Below the pieces are notes generated by a model. The model worked only from the letters and a program-made list of their open reading frames with translations, did no database searches and was not told where the DNA came from. DNA of 64,000 nucleotides from Aestuariivirgaceae bacterium (lineage in GTDB: Bacteria; Pseudomonadota; Alphaproteobacteria; Rhizobiales; Aestuariivirgaceae), in NCBI GenBank assembly GCA_036265615.1, contig DATAOT010000122.1:10526-74525 (forward strand), written 5' to 3'. Both the position numbers and the translations under genes were made by a program. Below, one piece after another: positions 53,689 through 62,057 of this stretch (position 1 is the stretch's first letter; the number at the start of each line of letters is the position of its first letter).

Positions 53689-54812
53689 TCGGCGCAGCGA
53701 TCGAGAACCGCGGCACGGCGTTCAAGATAAAAGGAATAGTATTTTGGCAGGACAGCGTAGGGGTTTTCGATCCCGAGAACCTCGGCGGCATGAAAAGGCC
53801 AGTTCGGATCGGCGAGGAGCTCGCGGCCGATCGCGATCAGATCGGCATCGCCATCCACGAGAACGCGCTCGGCCTGGGGGCCATCGAGGATGGCGCCGAC
53901 CGCCACCGTCGGAATGGCGGCGGCGCGCTTCACCGCTGCCGCATAGGGGACTTGAAAGCCAGGTTTGAGCCGCCTGCTCGACAAGGTCACGGAGCCGGAA
54001 ATTCCACCCGATGAGCAGTCGATGGCGTCGACGCCGATCGACTTCAGCGCCTTTGCGAGTGCAATGGTGTCATCGATGGTGAGGCCACCTTCGACGCCGT
54101 CGACGGCGGAGACGCGATAGAACAGCGGCCTGTCCTCGGGCCAGAGCTTGCGCACCGCGGTCGTGACCATCAGAGGCAGGCGCATGCGGTTTTCGAGGCT
54201 GCCGCCAAATCGGTCGGTCCGATGATTCGAAATCGGAGACAGGAAGGAGTGCAGCAGATAGCCATGTGCGCCATGCACTTCGATGATGTCGAAGCCGGCG
54301 GCCAGGGCCCGCCTTGCCGCCGCGGCAAAGCTCTCGACGATGTCATCGATCTCCGGCTCGGCAAGGGCGCGCGGCACCGGATAGCCCTCCTTCTCCGGAA
54401 GCGCACTCGGCCCGACCGTCGCCCAAGGCTCTTCCGGATCCCCGGCTGCAAGCGGGCGCGCCCCTTCCCAGGGTCTCGTGGCACTGGCGCGACGGCCGGC
54501 ATGCGCGATCTGGATGCCGGAAACAGCACCATATTGGCGGTGCAGGTCGGCGATGCGCTTCAACCCTGCTATGTGAGAATCCTGATAGATCCCGGTGCAG
54601 CCATGGGTGATGCGGCCGGGGCGGGTGACCGCGGTCGCCTCCACGAATATTGCACCAGGGCCACCGAGCACCAGGCGTCCATGGTGAAGGAAATGCCAGT
54701 CCTGCACATGACCATCAACGGCCTGATACTGGCACATCGGCGACACCACAATGCGGTTGCGGAGCTCGCAGGCGCGAAGCCGCATCGGCGTGAACAGAAG
54801 CGGTGTCGACAT
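53685..54812 (-). CDS. NADH:flavin oxidoreductase (Old Yellow Enzyme family)
   Basis: LRNRIVVSPMCQY, FDIIEVHGAHGYLLHSFLSP and NHRTDRFGGSLENR are canonical OYE motifs. Confidence 0.9.
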   Translation of the reverse strand: MSTPLLFTPMRLRACELRNRIVVSPMCQYQAVDGHVQDWHFLHHGRLVLGGPGAIFVEATAVTRPGRITHGCTGIYQDSHIAGLKRIADLHRQYGAVSGIQIAHAGRRASATRPWEGARPLAAGDPEEPWATVGPSALPEKEGYPVPRALAEPEIDDIVESFAAAARRALAAGFDIIEVHGAHGYLLHSFLSPISNHRTDRFGGSLENRMRLPLMVTTAVRKLWPEDRPLFYRVSAVDGVEGGLTIDDTIALAKALKSIGVDAIDCSSGGISGSVTLSSRRLKPGFQVPYAAAVKRAAAIPTVAVGAILDGPQAERVLVDGDADLIAIGRELLADPNWPFHAAEVLGIENPYAVLPKYYSFYLERRAAVLDRCAD

Positions 54813-54831
54813 CGAAGCTGCGGGGCCGAAC

Positions 54832-55785
54832 CTACTCCGCGGCGGCGGCCCGCGGCTTGTCGATCTCGTCGGTGACGCGATCGAGCTCGCGGACGACCTC
54901 CATCACCTTGGCCAGTCGCTGCTGGCCGTCATCGCCAAGCTCGCGGAAGGTGGTGAGCGGCGGCCGGACATCGCCCACCGGATAGCCCTGAGCAGCCGCG
55001 AGGGCCTTGGAGTAGCACTGATGGCCGTAGGTCGGATGCCCTTCCTGGATGATGCCGTAGATGCGGTTGATCAGGCGCTCGATGCGCTTGGCTTCCTCGA
55101 AGCGGCGTTCGGCACAGAGATCGCAAATCCGTGTCGAGGCGCGCGGAATGTAGTTGCCATAGGGATTGACGTAACCGACGGCGCCATAGAGATAGGACTC
55201 GACAATGCGCTGGCCCGCAAAGACGTTCATGACGCCCTGCGTCTCTTCGATGATGTCGTAGACGCGCGCCATGTCCTGGCTCGCCTCCTTGATATAGCGG
55301 ATCTGCTCGAAAGCGCGGGTGAGCCGCGCCACCAGCCTGGCCGACATGTCGACATTGGATGTGAAGGGATTGTTGTAGAGCATGATCGGGATCGAGACCT
55401 TGTCGCAGATCGCCCGGTAATAGGCGAAGATCTCGTCATCCGTCGGCGTGTAGTAATAGGGCGGGATGATCATGAGGCCGTCGGCACCGAGCTTCTCGGC
55501 CTCGACACTGTAGCGCACGGCATGCGGCGTATAGGCGTTCATGGTGCCGACCAGCACGGGCACCCGCTTGCCGACATGGCTGATCGTCGACTCGACGAAC
55601 AGCGTGCGCTCGTCGTCGCTTATGGTCAGAAACTCGCCAGAGGTCCCAAGGATGATCAGCCCCGGGACCCCTTGGGCAAGCTGCCAGTCGATGAAGCGCT
55701 GCCAGGCAGCAATGTCGATGCGGCTGCCATCAGTCGTAAACGGGGTGATGGTGACGGCGAAACTGCCGCGGAACGGCTTTGTCAT
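54832..55785 (-). CDS. Dihydrodipicolinate synthase/N-acetylneuraminate lyase family (DapA-like) protein
   Basis: Start at ATG 55785. FAVTITPFTTDG, GLIILGTSGEFLTISDDER, IPIMLYNNP. The track ORF to 56124 is an extension. Confidence 0.85.
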   Translation of the reverse strand: MTKPFRGSFAVTITPFTTDGSRIDIAAWQRFIDWQLAQGVPGLIILGTSGEFLTISDDERTLFVESTISHVGKRVPVLVGTMNAYTPHAVRYSVEAEKLGADGLMIIPPYYYTPTDDEIFAYYRAICDKVSIPIMLYNNPFTSNVDMSARLVARLTRAFEQIRYIKEASQDMARVYDIIEETQGVMNVFAGQRIVESYLYGAVGYVNPYGNYIPRASTRICDLCAERRFEEAKRIERLINRIYGIIQEGHPTYGHQCYSKALAAAQGYPVGDVRPPLTTFRELGDDGQQRLAKVMEVVRELDRVTDEIDKPRAAAAE

Positions 55786-55815
55786 TGACGGTCTCCAGCG
55801 GTCGACGGCGCTTTC

Positions 55816-55832
55816 GTATGCAACTTGCCTAC
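55816..55832. promoter_or_regulatory. 17-bp near-perfect palindrome, candidate operator in divergent promoter
   Basis: GTATGCAA-C-TTGCCTAC (7 of 8 arm positions complementary). Lies in the 99-bp region between the DapA-like (-) and FAD oxidoreductase (+) genes. Confidence 0.35.
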
Positions 55833-55884
55833 AAGAAAATATCACTCCAAATAGGGGCGGGAAAGGTGGAGAACCCGGTGCCGC

Positions 55885-57021
55885 ATGGCTGCTCTGCGAA
55901 CCGATATTCTGGTGGTGGGGGGCGGACTTGCGGGTTGCGCGGTCGCCTATTTTCTCAGCCGGGAGGGCTGCGACGTCACGCTGATCGAGCGCCACGACAT
56001 CAATAGCCTGGCCTCGGGGTCGAATGCGGGGAGCCTGCACGCCCAGATCCCCTTCGAGCCGTTTCTGACCGAGGGCGAAGGCTGGGCCAGGCAGTTCGCC
56101 CCGGTCGTCCCGCTGCTCGTTCAATCGATCGAGATGTGGAGAAACCTGTCAGAGGAGCTCGGCGTCGACCTCGAGGTTTCGACCGCGGGCGGGCTGCTGG
56201 TGGCGGAAACCGGCGCCGAAATGCAGGACATCCGCCGCAAGCTCGCGATCGAGCGCGCCTGCGGGCTCGACATCCATGTGGTCGGGCGGGAGGAGCTCGC
56301 GGCTCTTGCACCCTATCTGACGCGCGATGCGGTCGGCGCGGCCTTCTGTCCGATCGAGGGGCGTGCGAACCCGCTCGTCGCTGCTCCGGCATTTGCCAGG
56401 CGAGCGCAAGCGATGGGGGCGCGTGTCCTCCGTCGGACAAGGCTTCTCAAGCTCGACACGATTCCGCAAGGGTTCATCGCGGCGACGGACAAGGGGGCGA
56501 TAACCGCCAGGCGGCTGGTGAACTGTGCCGGGGCTGAAGCCGGTGCCGTCGCCGAACAGCTGGGCCTGAAATTCGCGATAGACGGGCATGCCATCCAGGT
56601 GAGCGTCACCGAGCCTGTCGCGCCGCTGATTGATCAGCTGATATATGCGGCGGGCGACAGGCTCACATTGAAGCAGAGCCGTCATGGCAGCTTCCTGATC
56701 GGCGGTGGATGGCCGGCGCGCCGCGACCTCGGCACCGGCATGCTGCAGGTCGATGCGGCATCGGTGGTCGGCAACCTCAAGGTGGCCGTGCGCCTTGTCC
56801 CCGACCTTGGCGGCATCCAGCTGCTGCGCACCTGGCCGGCGGTCGTCAACGGCACGCCGGACTGGCGGCCCATACTGGGGGAAGTGCCGAAGGTCCGCGG
56901 CTTTCATATGTGCGTGGTGCCCTGGCTCGGCTTCACCGGCGGACCGGCAGCAGCGCGGCTGGTGGCCGACCAGATCCTGGGGCACAAGCCGCCCGCCGCC
57001 TTTGCGCCGCTGCTGATCTAG
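55885..57021 (+). CDS. FAD-dependent oxidoreductase (DAO family; opine oxidase subunit B / HcnC-like)
   Basis: ILVVGGGLAGCAVAYFL dinucleotide fold. About 378 aa, D-amino-acid-oxidase-type layout. Confidence 0.85.
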   Translation: MAALRTDILVVGGGLAGCAVAYFLSREGCDVTLIERHDINSLASGSNAGSLHAQIPFEPFLTEGEGWARQFAPVVPLLVQSIEMWRNLSEELGVDLEVSTAGGLLVAETGAEMQDIRRKLAIERACGLDIHVVGREELAALAPYLTRDAVGAAFCPIEGRANPLVAAPAFARRAQAMGARVLRRTRLLKLDTIPQGFIAATDKGAITARRLVNCAGAEAGAVAEQLGLKFAIDGHAIQVSVTEPVAPLIDQLIYAAGDRLTLKQSRHGSFLIGGGWPARRDLGTGMLQVDAASVVGNLKVAVRLVPDLGGIQLLRTWPAVVNGTPDWRPILGEVPKVRGFHMCVVPWLGFTGGPAAARLVADQILGHKPPAAFAPLLI

Positions 57022-57092
57022 GGGTGCGCGCTTGTTGTCAATCGCCGGGCTTCGACCTAGGGTTAGCGATCCTTCTTCGATACGGTTCGACC

Positions 57093-57851
57093 GTGAACAA
57101 GCCAGCCGGCAAGGGATTGGGGAAAAACGCGAAGGCGCGGCACAGGCCGCGCGGCACCGGCGCGAGCTCGGTCTATGAAAGCCTCAAGACCAAGATCCTC
57201 AATCTCGAGCTCAAGCCTGGAACGCTGCTCGACGAGACGGAGCTGAGCCGCCAGTATCACCTTTCCCGTTCGCCGGTCCGTGAAGCCCTCATCCGCCTGT
57301 CGGCGGAAGGTCTGGTCGAGACGCCGCGCAATCGCACCTCCATGGTGTCACAGCTCGATTTTTCCGCCCTGCCCGCATATTTCGACGCCATGCAGCTCCT
57401 CTACCGCCTGTCGGCGCGACTTGCAGCCAAAAACCGGACCAAAGCGGGCGTTGCCGTCCTGAAGGACATCGAAGGCGCCCTCGAGCGGGCCCATGAGCAG
57501 GTGGACGTGTTGAGCATCGTGCAGCTCAATCGCGATTTTCACGCCGCCATCGCCGACATGACCGGGAATGCCTTCATCATGAGTTGGATGAAGGGACTTC
57601 TCGATCAAGGCCAGCGGGTGTTCCGTCTTTATCTCGCGAGTTTCGGCGACCGTGTGCCGCTTCCCAAGCTCAGCCAGCATCATGCGATGATCCAGGCGAT
57701 CGAACGTGGCGATGCCGCCGGCGCCGAGCGGGCCGGCAAGGCTGATGCCCAGGGCCTGATCGAGGAAGTGGTGCATGCGCTCGGCAACCTGCCCTCCGCG
57801 GATCTCGATCTCGAGGAGGTCGCGGTACGGGCGGTCCGCCGAGCCGTCTAG
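57093..57851 (+). CDS. GntR family transcriptional regulator (FadR/FCD subfamily)
   Basis: Start at GTG 57093. wHTH SVYESLKTKILNLELKPGTLLDETELSRQYHLSRSPVREALIRL and an all-helical C-terminal FCD-like domain (FHAAIADMTGN). Confidence 0.85.
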   Translation: MNKPAGKGLGKNAKARHRPRGTGASSVYESLKTKILNLELKPGTLLDETELSRQYHLSRSPVREALIRLSAEGLVETPRNRTSMVSQLDFSALPAYFDAMQLLYRLSARLAAKNRTKAGVAVLKDIEGALERAHEQVDVLSIVQLNRDFHAAIADMTGNAFIMSWMKGLLDQGQRVFRLYLASFGDRVPLPKLSQHHAMIQAIERGDAAGAERAGKADAQGLIEEVVHALGNLPSADLDLEEVAVRAVRRAV

Positions 57852-57856
57852 AACGG

Positions 57857-58594
57857 TTACTGGCGCAGGATCTTGCCGAAGAATTCGCGCGCCCGACCGG
57901 TCTGCGGCCGGTCGATGATATCGCGGGGCGGGCCGATCTCGACCACCTGACCCTTGTCCATGAACACCATGCGGGATGAGACCTCGCGCACGAAGTTCAT
58001 TTCATGGCTGACGATCAGAAGCGTGATGCCTTCGGCCGCCAGGCCGCGTATGGCGTCCAGCACCTCGTTGACGAGCTCCGGGTCGAGGGCGGAAGTCACC
58101 TCGTCCAGCAGCAGAATCTCCGGCTTCAAGGCGAGGGCGCGGGCAATGGCCACGCGCTGCTGCTGGCCGCCGGACAGCTGGTCGGGATAGGCCTTCAGCT
58201 TGTCGCCGAGGCCCATTCTTTTCAAGATCTGTACCGCGGCTGCCTCGACCTCACGCCGAGGGCGGCGGCGGATCTCGACCGGCGCGATGGTGACGTTGCG
58301 GAGAACGTCCATGTTCTGGAACAGATTGTACTGCTGGAATACGATCGCCATGCGATCGCGGGCGCGCCGGAGGCTTGTCCTGCTCGAATAGTTGACGGCT
58401 TCGCCATCGAGAACGATTTCGCCGCTCGAGGGCAAGGTGAGCCCGACCAGCACACGCAGCAGCGTCGACTTGCCGGAGCCCGAGGGACCGACAATCGACA
58501 CCACCTCGCCGCGCCCGACCGACAGCGAGACGCCGGACAGGACCTGCGCTCTACCGTAGTTCGCGGTCAGGTTTTTGATGTCGAGATGCGGCAA
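57857..58594 (-). CDS. Amino acid ABC transporter ATP-binding protein
   Basis: [38 protein letters not shown] 58594 is chosen as start; it overlaps the upstream permease by 44 nt. Confidence 0.9.
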   Translation of the reverse strand: MPHLDIKNLTANYGRAQVLSGVSLSVGRGEVVSIVGPSGSGKSTLLRVLVGLTLPSSGEIVLDGEAVNYSSRTSLRRARDRMAIVFQQYNLFQNMDVLRNVTIAPVEIRRRPRREVEAAAVQILKRMGLGDKLKAYPDQLSGGQQQRVAIARALALKPEILLLDEVTSALDPELVNEVLDAIRGLAAEGITLLIVSHEMNFVREVSSRMVFMDKGQVVEIGPPRDIIDRPQTGRAREFFGKILRQ

Positions 58595-59258
58595 AGTGGT
58601 GCTCCAGCCAGATGCCAAAGCGGTTGAGAGGATAGGACATGACGAAATAAAGCAGGGCGACCGTCCCAAACACAAGCAGTCCTGAAAAGCCCTGATTGTT
58701 CAGCTCCTTGCCGCGAAAGGTGAGCTCGAAGACACCGATCTGCGAGACCAGCGAGGTGTCCTTGACGAAGGCCACCATGAAAACCACCGCAGGGGGCAAG
58801 ATGACCGGCCATGACTGCGGCACGATCACCTTGGTCAAGGTCTGCCAGCGGCTGAAATTCATGGCGGTGGCTGCCTCGATCTGCTGGCGCGGCACGGACT
58901 CGAAGCCGCCTCGGATGATTTCCGACGCGTAGGCGGTCGAATAGATCGAGATGGCGATGAGGGCGATCGCAACCAGCGATGCCCCCTTGATGAAGGCAGC
59001 GATGAAGAACAGCACGAGATAGGTGATGACGAGGAACGGGATGCGCCGGAAGGTCTCGACGAACAGTATCGCCAGAACGCGCCAGGGCAGTCCCAACCAG
59101 CCGGGAGACAGGCGCATATAGACAACGATGAATGCGAGAAGAAAGCCGAGGCCGCAGCCAAAGAAAGTGAGGGCCAGCGTCAGTCCCATGGCTTGGGCAA
59201 GAAACCACAGATTGAGCGGGCTGAAGAAGCGCGGCAGCTGCTCGATGACGTGGTCCAT
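58551..59258 (-). CDS. Amino acid ABC transporter permease
   Basis: Start at ATG 59258 (1-nt overlap with the upstream stop). EAA-like region IEAATAMNFSRWQTLTKVIVPQ. The track ORF to 60053 is an extension. Confidence 0.85.
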   Translation of the reverse strand: MDHVIEQLPRFFSPLNLWFLAQAMGLTLALTFFGCGLGFLLAFIVVYMRLSPGWLGLPWRVLAILFVETFRRIPFLVITYLVLFFIAAFIKGASLVAIALIAISIYSTAYASEIIRGGFESVPRQQIEAATAMNFSRWQTLTKVIVPQSWPVILPPAVVFMVAFVKDTSLVSQIGVFELTFRGKELNNQGFSGLLVFGTVALLYFVMSYPLNRFGIWLEHHFAASRHQKPDRELR

Positions 59259-59932
59259 CAAAAGATCCTTGCGCGGACCCGAAAAGCCCAGCGGCCGAAG
59301 AGCGCCAATGACAGCGAGGCGATGAAGGTCAGGACGATATAGATGCCGGCCACAACCGTAAACATCTCGATGTGCCGGTAATTGTCGGATGCGATGTTGT
59401 AGGCCTGACCGGTGAGCTCGTTGACGCCAAAAATGCTGGCCATGGATGTGCCCAGCATCAGCACGACGAAATAGTTCGCGAGAGCGGGGTAGATGACCTT
59501 GGCAATGTGCGGCAGGATCACGTGACGAATCTGCTGCCAGCGCGCAAAGCCAAGCGTCTCGGCCGCCTCGAGCTCGGTGCGGTGCACCGAGATGAAGCCG
59601 GCGCGCATGATCTCGGCGAGGTAGGCCCCGGTGTTGAGGGTGAGCCCGACGATGACGCAGGTGATGTTCGACCAGAGCACGCCAAGCTCGGGCAGCCCGT
59701 AATAGAGGAAATAGATCTGTATGACCGCCGGCGTGTTGGTGAAGAAGACGATGAAGCCGTTGGCCAGCCTGCGCGCGGCTCCCGCACCATAGACCTTGAA
59801 AGTGGCAAGCAGGAGCCCGAGCAACGCGCCGCCCCAGAAGCTCAGCGCGCCAATCTCGAGCGAGAGCAGCGCGCCCTGCCAGAGTTCCGGCAGACGGGCA
59901 AAAACCACCCCGAACTGGAACGTGTAGTTCAT
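59258..59932 (-). CDS. Amino acid ABC transporter permease
   Basis: MNYTFQFGVVFARLPELWQGALLSLE..., EAA-like LEAAETLGFARWQQIRHVILP. Confidence 0.85.
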   Translation of the reverse strand: MNYTFQFGVVFARLPELWQGALLSLEIGALSFWGGALLGLLLATFKVYGAGAARRLANGFIVFFTNTPAVIQIYFLYYGLPELGVLWSNITCVIVGLTLNTGAYLAEIMRAGFISVHRTELEAAETLGFARWQQIRHVILPHIAKVIYPALANYFVVLMLGTSMASIFGVNELTGQAYNIASDNYRHIEMFTVVAGIYIVLTFIASLSLALFGRWAFRVRARIF

Positions 59933-59992
59933 GCCACCTACGGCATCCCCGAGGCGAGCGACGGGGACACATTGTCCCGCCGCCGCTCCAGA

Positions 59993-60811
59993 TCAGAAAT
60001 AGGGCTGTGCCGGCACCTTCATGAGCGGATCGGAACCGAAGGCCTTGCGCCATTCATCGTCCACGAAACCGGAAGACTGCAATTTATAGAGCGTGATGTT
60101 CAGGACATCGCGCAGCGCGTAATTGCCCTTCTGCACACCGATGCAGTCCCAGCCTACGTCGATCTTGTCGTTGAGCACCACCCACTTCACGTCGCTGTGG
60201 TTCTTGGTGAAGGCGGTGAAGAAGTCGAGCATCTCGACGAGAGCATTGGCGCGGCCCTGGGCAATCGCCCGTACCGCATCGGCGCTCGAATCGACGATTT
60301 CCATCTTGGCCTTCGGAAGGTTCTGCTTGGCCCAATCGATGGTCCAGGCGCTTCGCACATCGACCAGGGTGTATTTTTCGTCGTTGAGTTCCTGCCACTT
60401 GGCGACCGGGTTCTTGTCGGTCGTCAGCACACCCATGACCTCGGTGTGCAGCGGCACGGTGTACTCGATCACCTTGGCGCGTTCGGAATTGCGGGTCAGC
60501 CCGCCAAGCGAGATGTCGATGGTGTCGGCGACGAGGAAGGGCACCCGCTGCGCCGTCTCGGTGGGCACCCATTCCGGCTTGAGCTTCAGTTCCTCGGCGA
60601 TCTTCGAGCCAATGGCGACGTCGAAGCCTTCGAAGTCACCGGAGGCACTGCGCTGGCTGAACGGCGGCGAGTTCGGGTTGATGCCGATCCGCAGTACGCC
60701 GTCCTTGACGATATCGTCGAGACTCTTGGCGTCGGCGGGCGAGACGAAGAAGCCGGCTGCGACCACTGAGGACAGGGCACCCAAGCCACGGCGCGAAAAT
60801 TTCATACTCAT
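59993..60811 (-). CDS. Polar amino acid ABC transporter substrate-binding protein
   Basis: Signal peptide (LGALSSVVAAGFFVSPADA). GVLRIGINPNSPPF and family-3 SBP layout. Confidence 0.85.
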   Translation of the reverse strand: MSMKFSRRGLGALSSVVAAGFFVSPADAKSLDDIVKDGVLRIGINPNSPPFSQRSASGDFEGFDVAIGSKIAEELKLKPEWVPTETAQRVPFLVADTIDISLGGLTRNSERAKVIEYTVPLHTEVMGVLTTDKNPVAKWQELNDEKYTLVDVRSAWTIDWAKQNLPKAKMEIVDSSADAVRAIAQGRANALVEMLDFFTAFTKNHSDVKWVVLNDKIDVGWDCIGVQKGNYALRDVLNITLYKLQSSGFVDDEWRKAFGSDPLMKVPAQPYF

Positions 60812-60891
60812 CGAGCACTCTCCCTATTCTCTGGCCCGCCTGGCAGCGGGTCGTTGGGCAAATGTTGGATGAGGATGACGGGGGCGTCAAC

Positions 60892-60911
60892 GGTATACTC
60901 GTTGTATACAA
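60892..60911. promoter_or_regulatory. GTATAC-N5-GTATAC dyad / TTGTATACAA palindrome upstream of the amino-acid ABC operon
   Basis: GGTATACTCGTTGTATACAA. 13 of 20 positions are identical to CGTATGCAACTTGCCTACAA at 55815-55834. Lies 81-100 nt upstream of the SBP start codon. Confidence 0.35.
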
Positions 60912-60920
60912 AGCCCGGAT

Positions 60921-62057
60921 CTAGGCTGCTGCAGCCCGCATGACGGCCTGCCGGCCGGCCCCGGTCACGACGCGCAAATAGCCCTGGAGCAAGTGATCAA
61001 GCGCGCGGTCGCCGGTATCGAGAAGAAGCCGGCGCTGCGCCAGGCCGGCGAGCTTGCGCGGACCCGCGAGCACGATCAGGCCATCACGCCCCGCCTGTCG
61101 GATCAAGGCGGGGCTGATGGGCTGGTTGCCGCGTCCGAAGATGAACCCCTGCCCGCCCGTCACCCCGACAATGATGCTGACGGGAAGGGCGGCGGCAAGA
61201 CGAAGCAGCTCGGCCTCCCCAAGATCGCTGCCGACGAGCTTGCGATCGAGGACCAGATCGACGCCGAGCAACGGGCTCTCGAGGCCAAGCGCCGCCACAA
61301 CGGCTTTGGCGCTCCGCCCTGGTCCGATCACATAACCGATACCGGACTGCATCGACCCGGCAATCTCGCGGCCAGCAGCATCGATCGCCTCATCGTCTTC
61401 GGGCGGAGCACCCGCCTTGGCGGTCTGAACCAGACCTCGCTCGCAAGGGACGGACACATAGCCGTAAAGACGTGCCGCCGGGCGGCCGGCTCTCACCGCA
61501 CTCTCATCGACATCCATGATCTCGGAAGATCGAAAGTTGATGCGCCGCTCACCATCCTCCACGACCAGTGCGGCGAGCATTCCGGCCGCCTCGGGGCTCA
61601 AGGCGAAGACGCCTGAGTGCATCTTGACCCCGGTCGGGATGCCGAGCATGGGAACGCTTCCGCCGCAACCCTGATGGACATCGCGCGCGGTGCCATCACC
61701 GCCAGCGAAGAGGATCAGCTCGCAGCCCTGCCCTGCCATGGCCCGGGCCGCAGCCCGGGTGTGCTCGGGACCGGACGCATCGGCATCCGCCTCGAGGACA
61801 TGAGGTGCAAAGCCGGCAGCCCGCGCCGGGTGCTGCCCCATCGCCCCGGCAGCGGCAATCAGGTCGAAGCGATGCCGGAGGTCGGAAAGCTTGGCCAGAG
61901 CCCGCTCAGTGCGCTGTCGCGCAACGGGCACCGCGCCGCGGCGGCGCGCCTCGGCGAGGATCTCTGGACCATCGGTACCCTTGAGGCCGACCGAGCCGCC
62001 CATTCCCGCGATCGGGTTGACGATCAACCCGATGCGCCGGCGATGATCGCTTCGCAT
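60921..62057 (-). CDS. ATP-NAD kinase-like family protein (COG3199/AcoX-like)
   Basis: IGLIVNPIAGMGGSVGLKGTDG N-terminus, FAGGDGTARD (NAD-kinase/diacylglycerol-kinase-type GGDGT motif), IPTGVKMHS. Confidence 0.75.
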   Translation of the reverse strand: MRSDHRRRIGLIVNPIAGMGGSVGLKGTDGPEILAEARRRGAVPVARQRTERALAKLSDLRHRFDLIAAAGAMGQHPARAAGFAPHVLEADADASGPEHTRAAARAMAGQGCELILFAGGDGTARDVHQGCGGSVPMLGIPTGVKMHSGVFALSPEAAGMLAALVVEDGERRINFRSSEIMDVDESAVRAGRPAARLYGYVSVPCERGLVQTAKAGAPPEDDEAIDAAGREIAGSMQSGIGYVIGPGRSAKAVVAALGLESPLLGVDLVLDRKLVGSDLGEAELLRLAAALPVSIIVGVTGGQGFIFGRGNQPISPALIRQAGRDGLIVLAGPRKLAGLAQRRLLLDTGDRALDHLLQGYLRVVTGAGRQAVMRAAAA

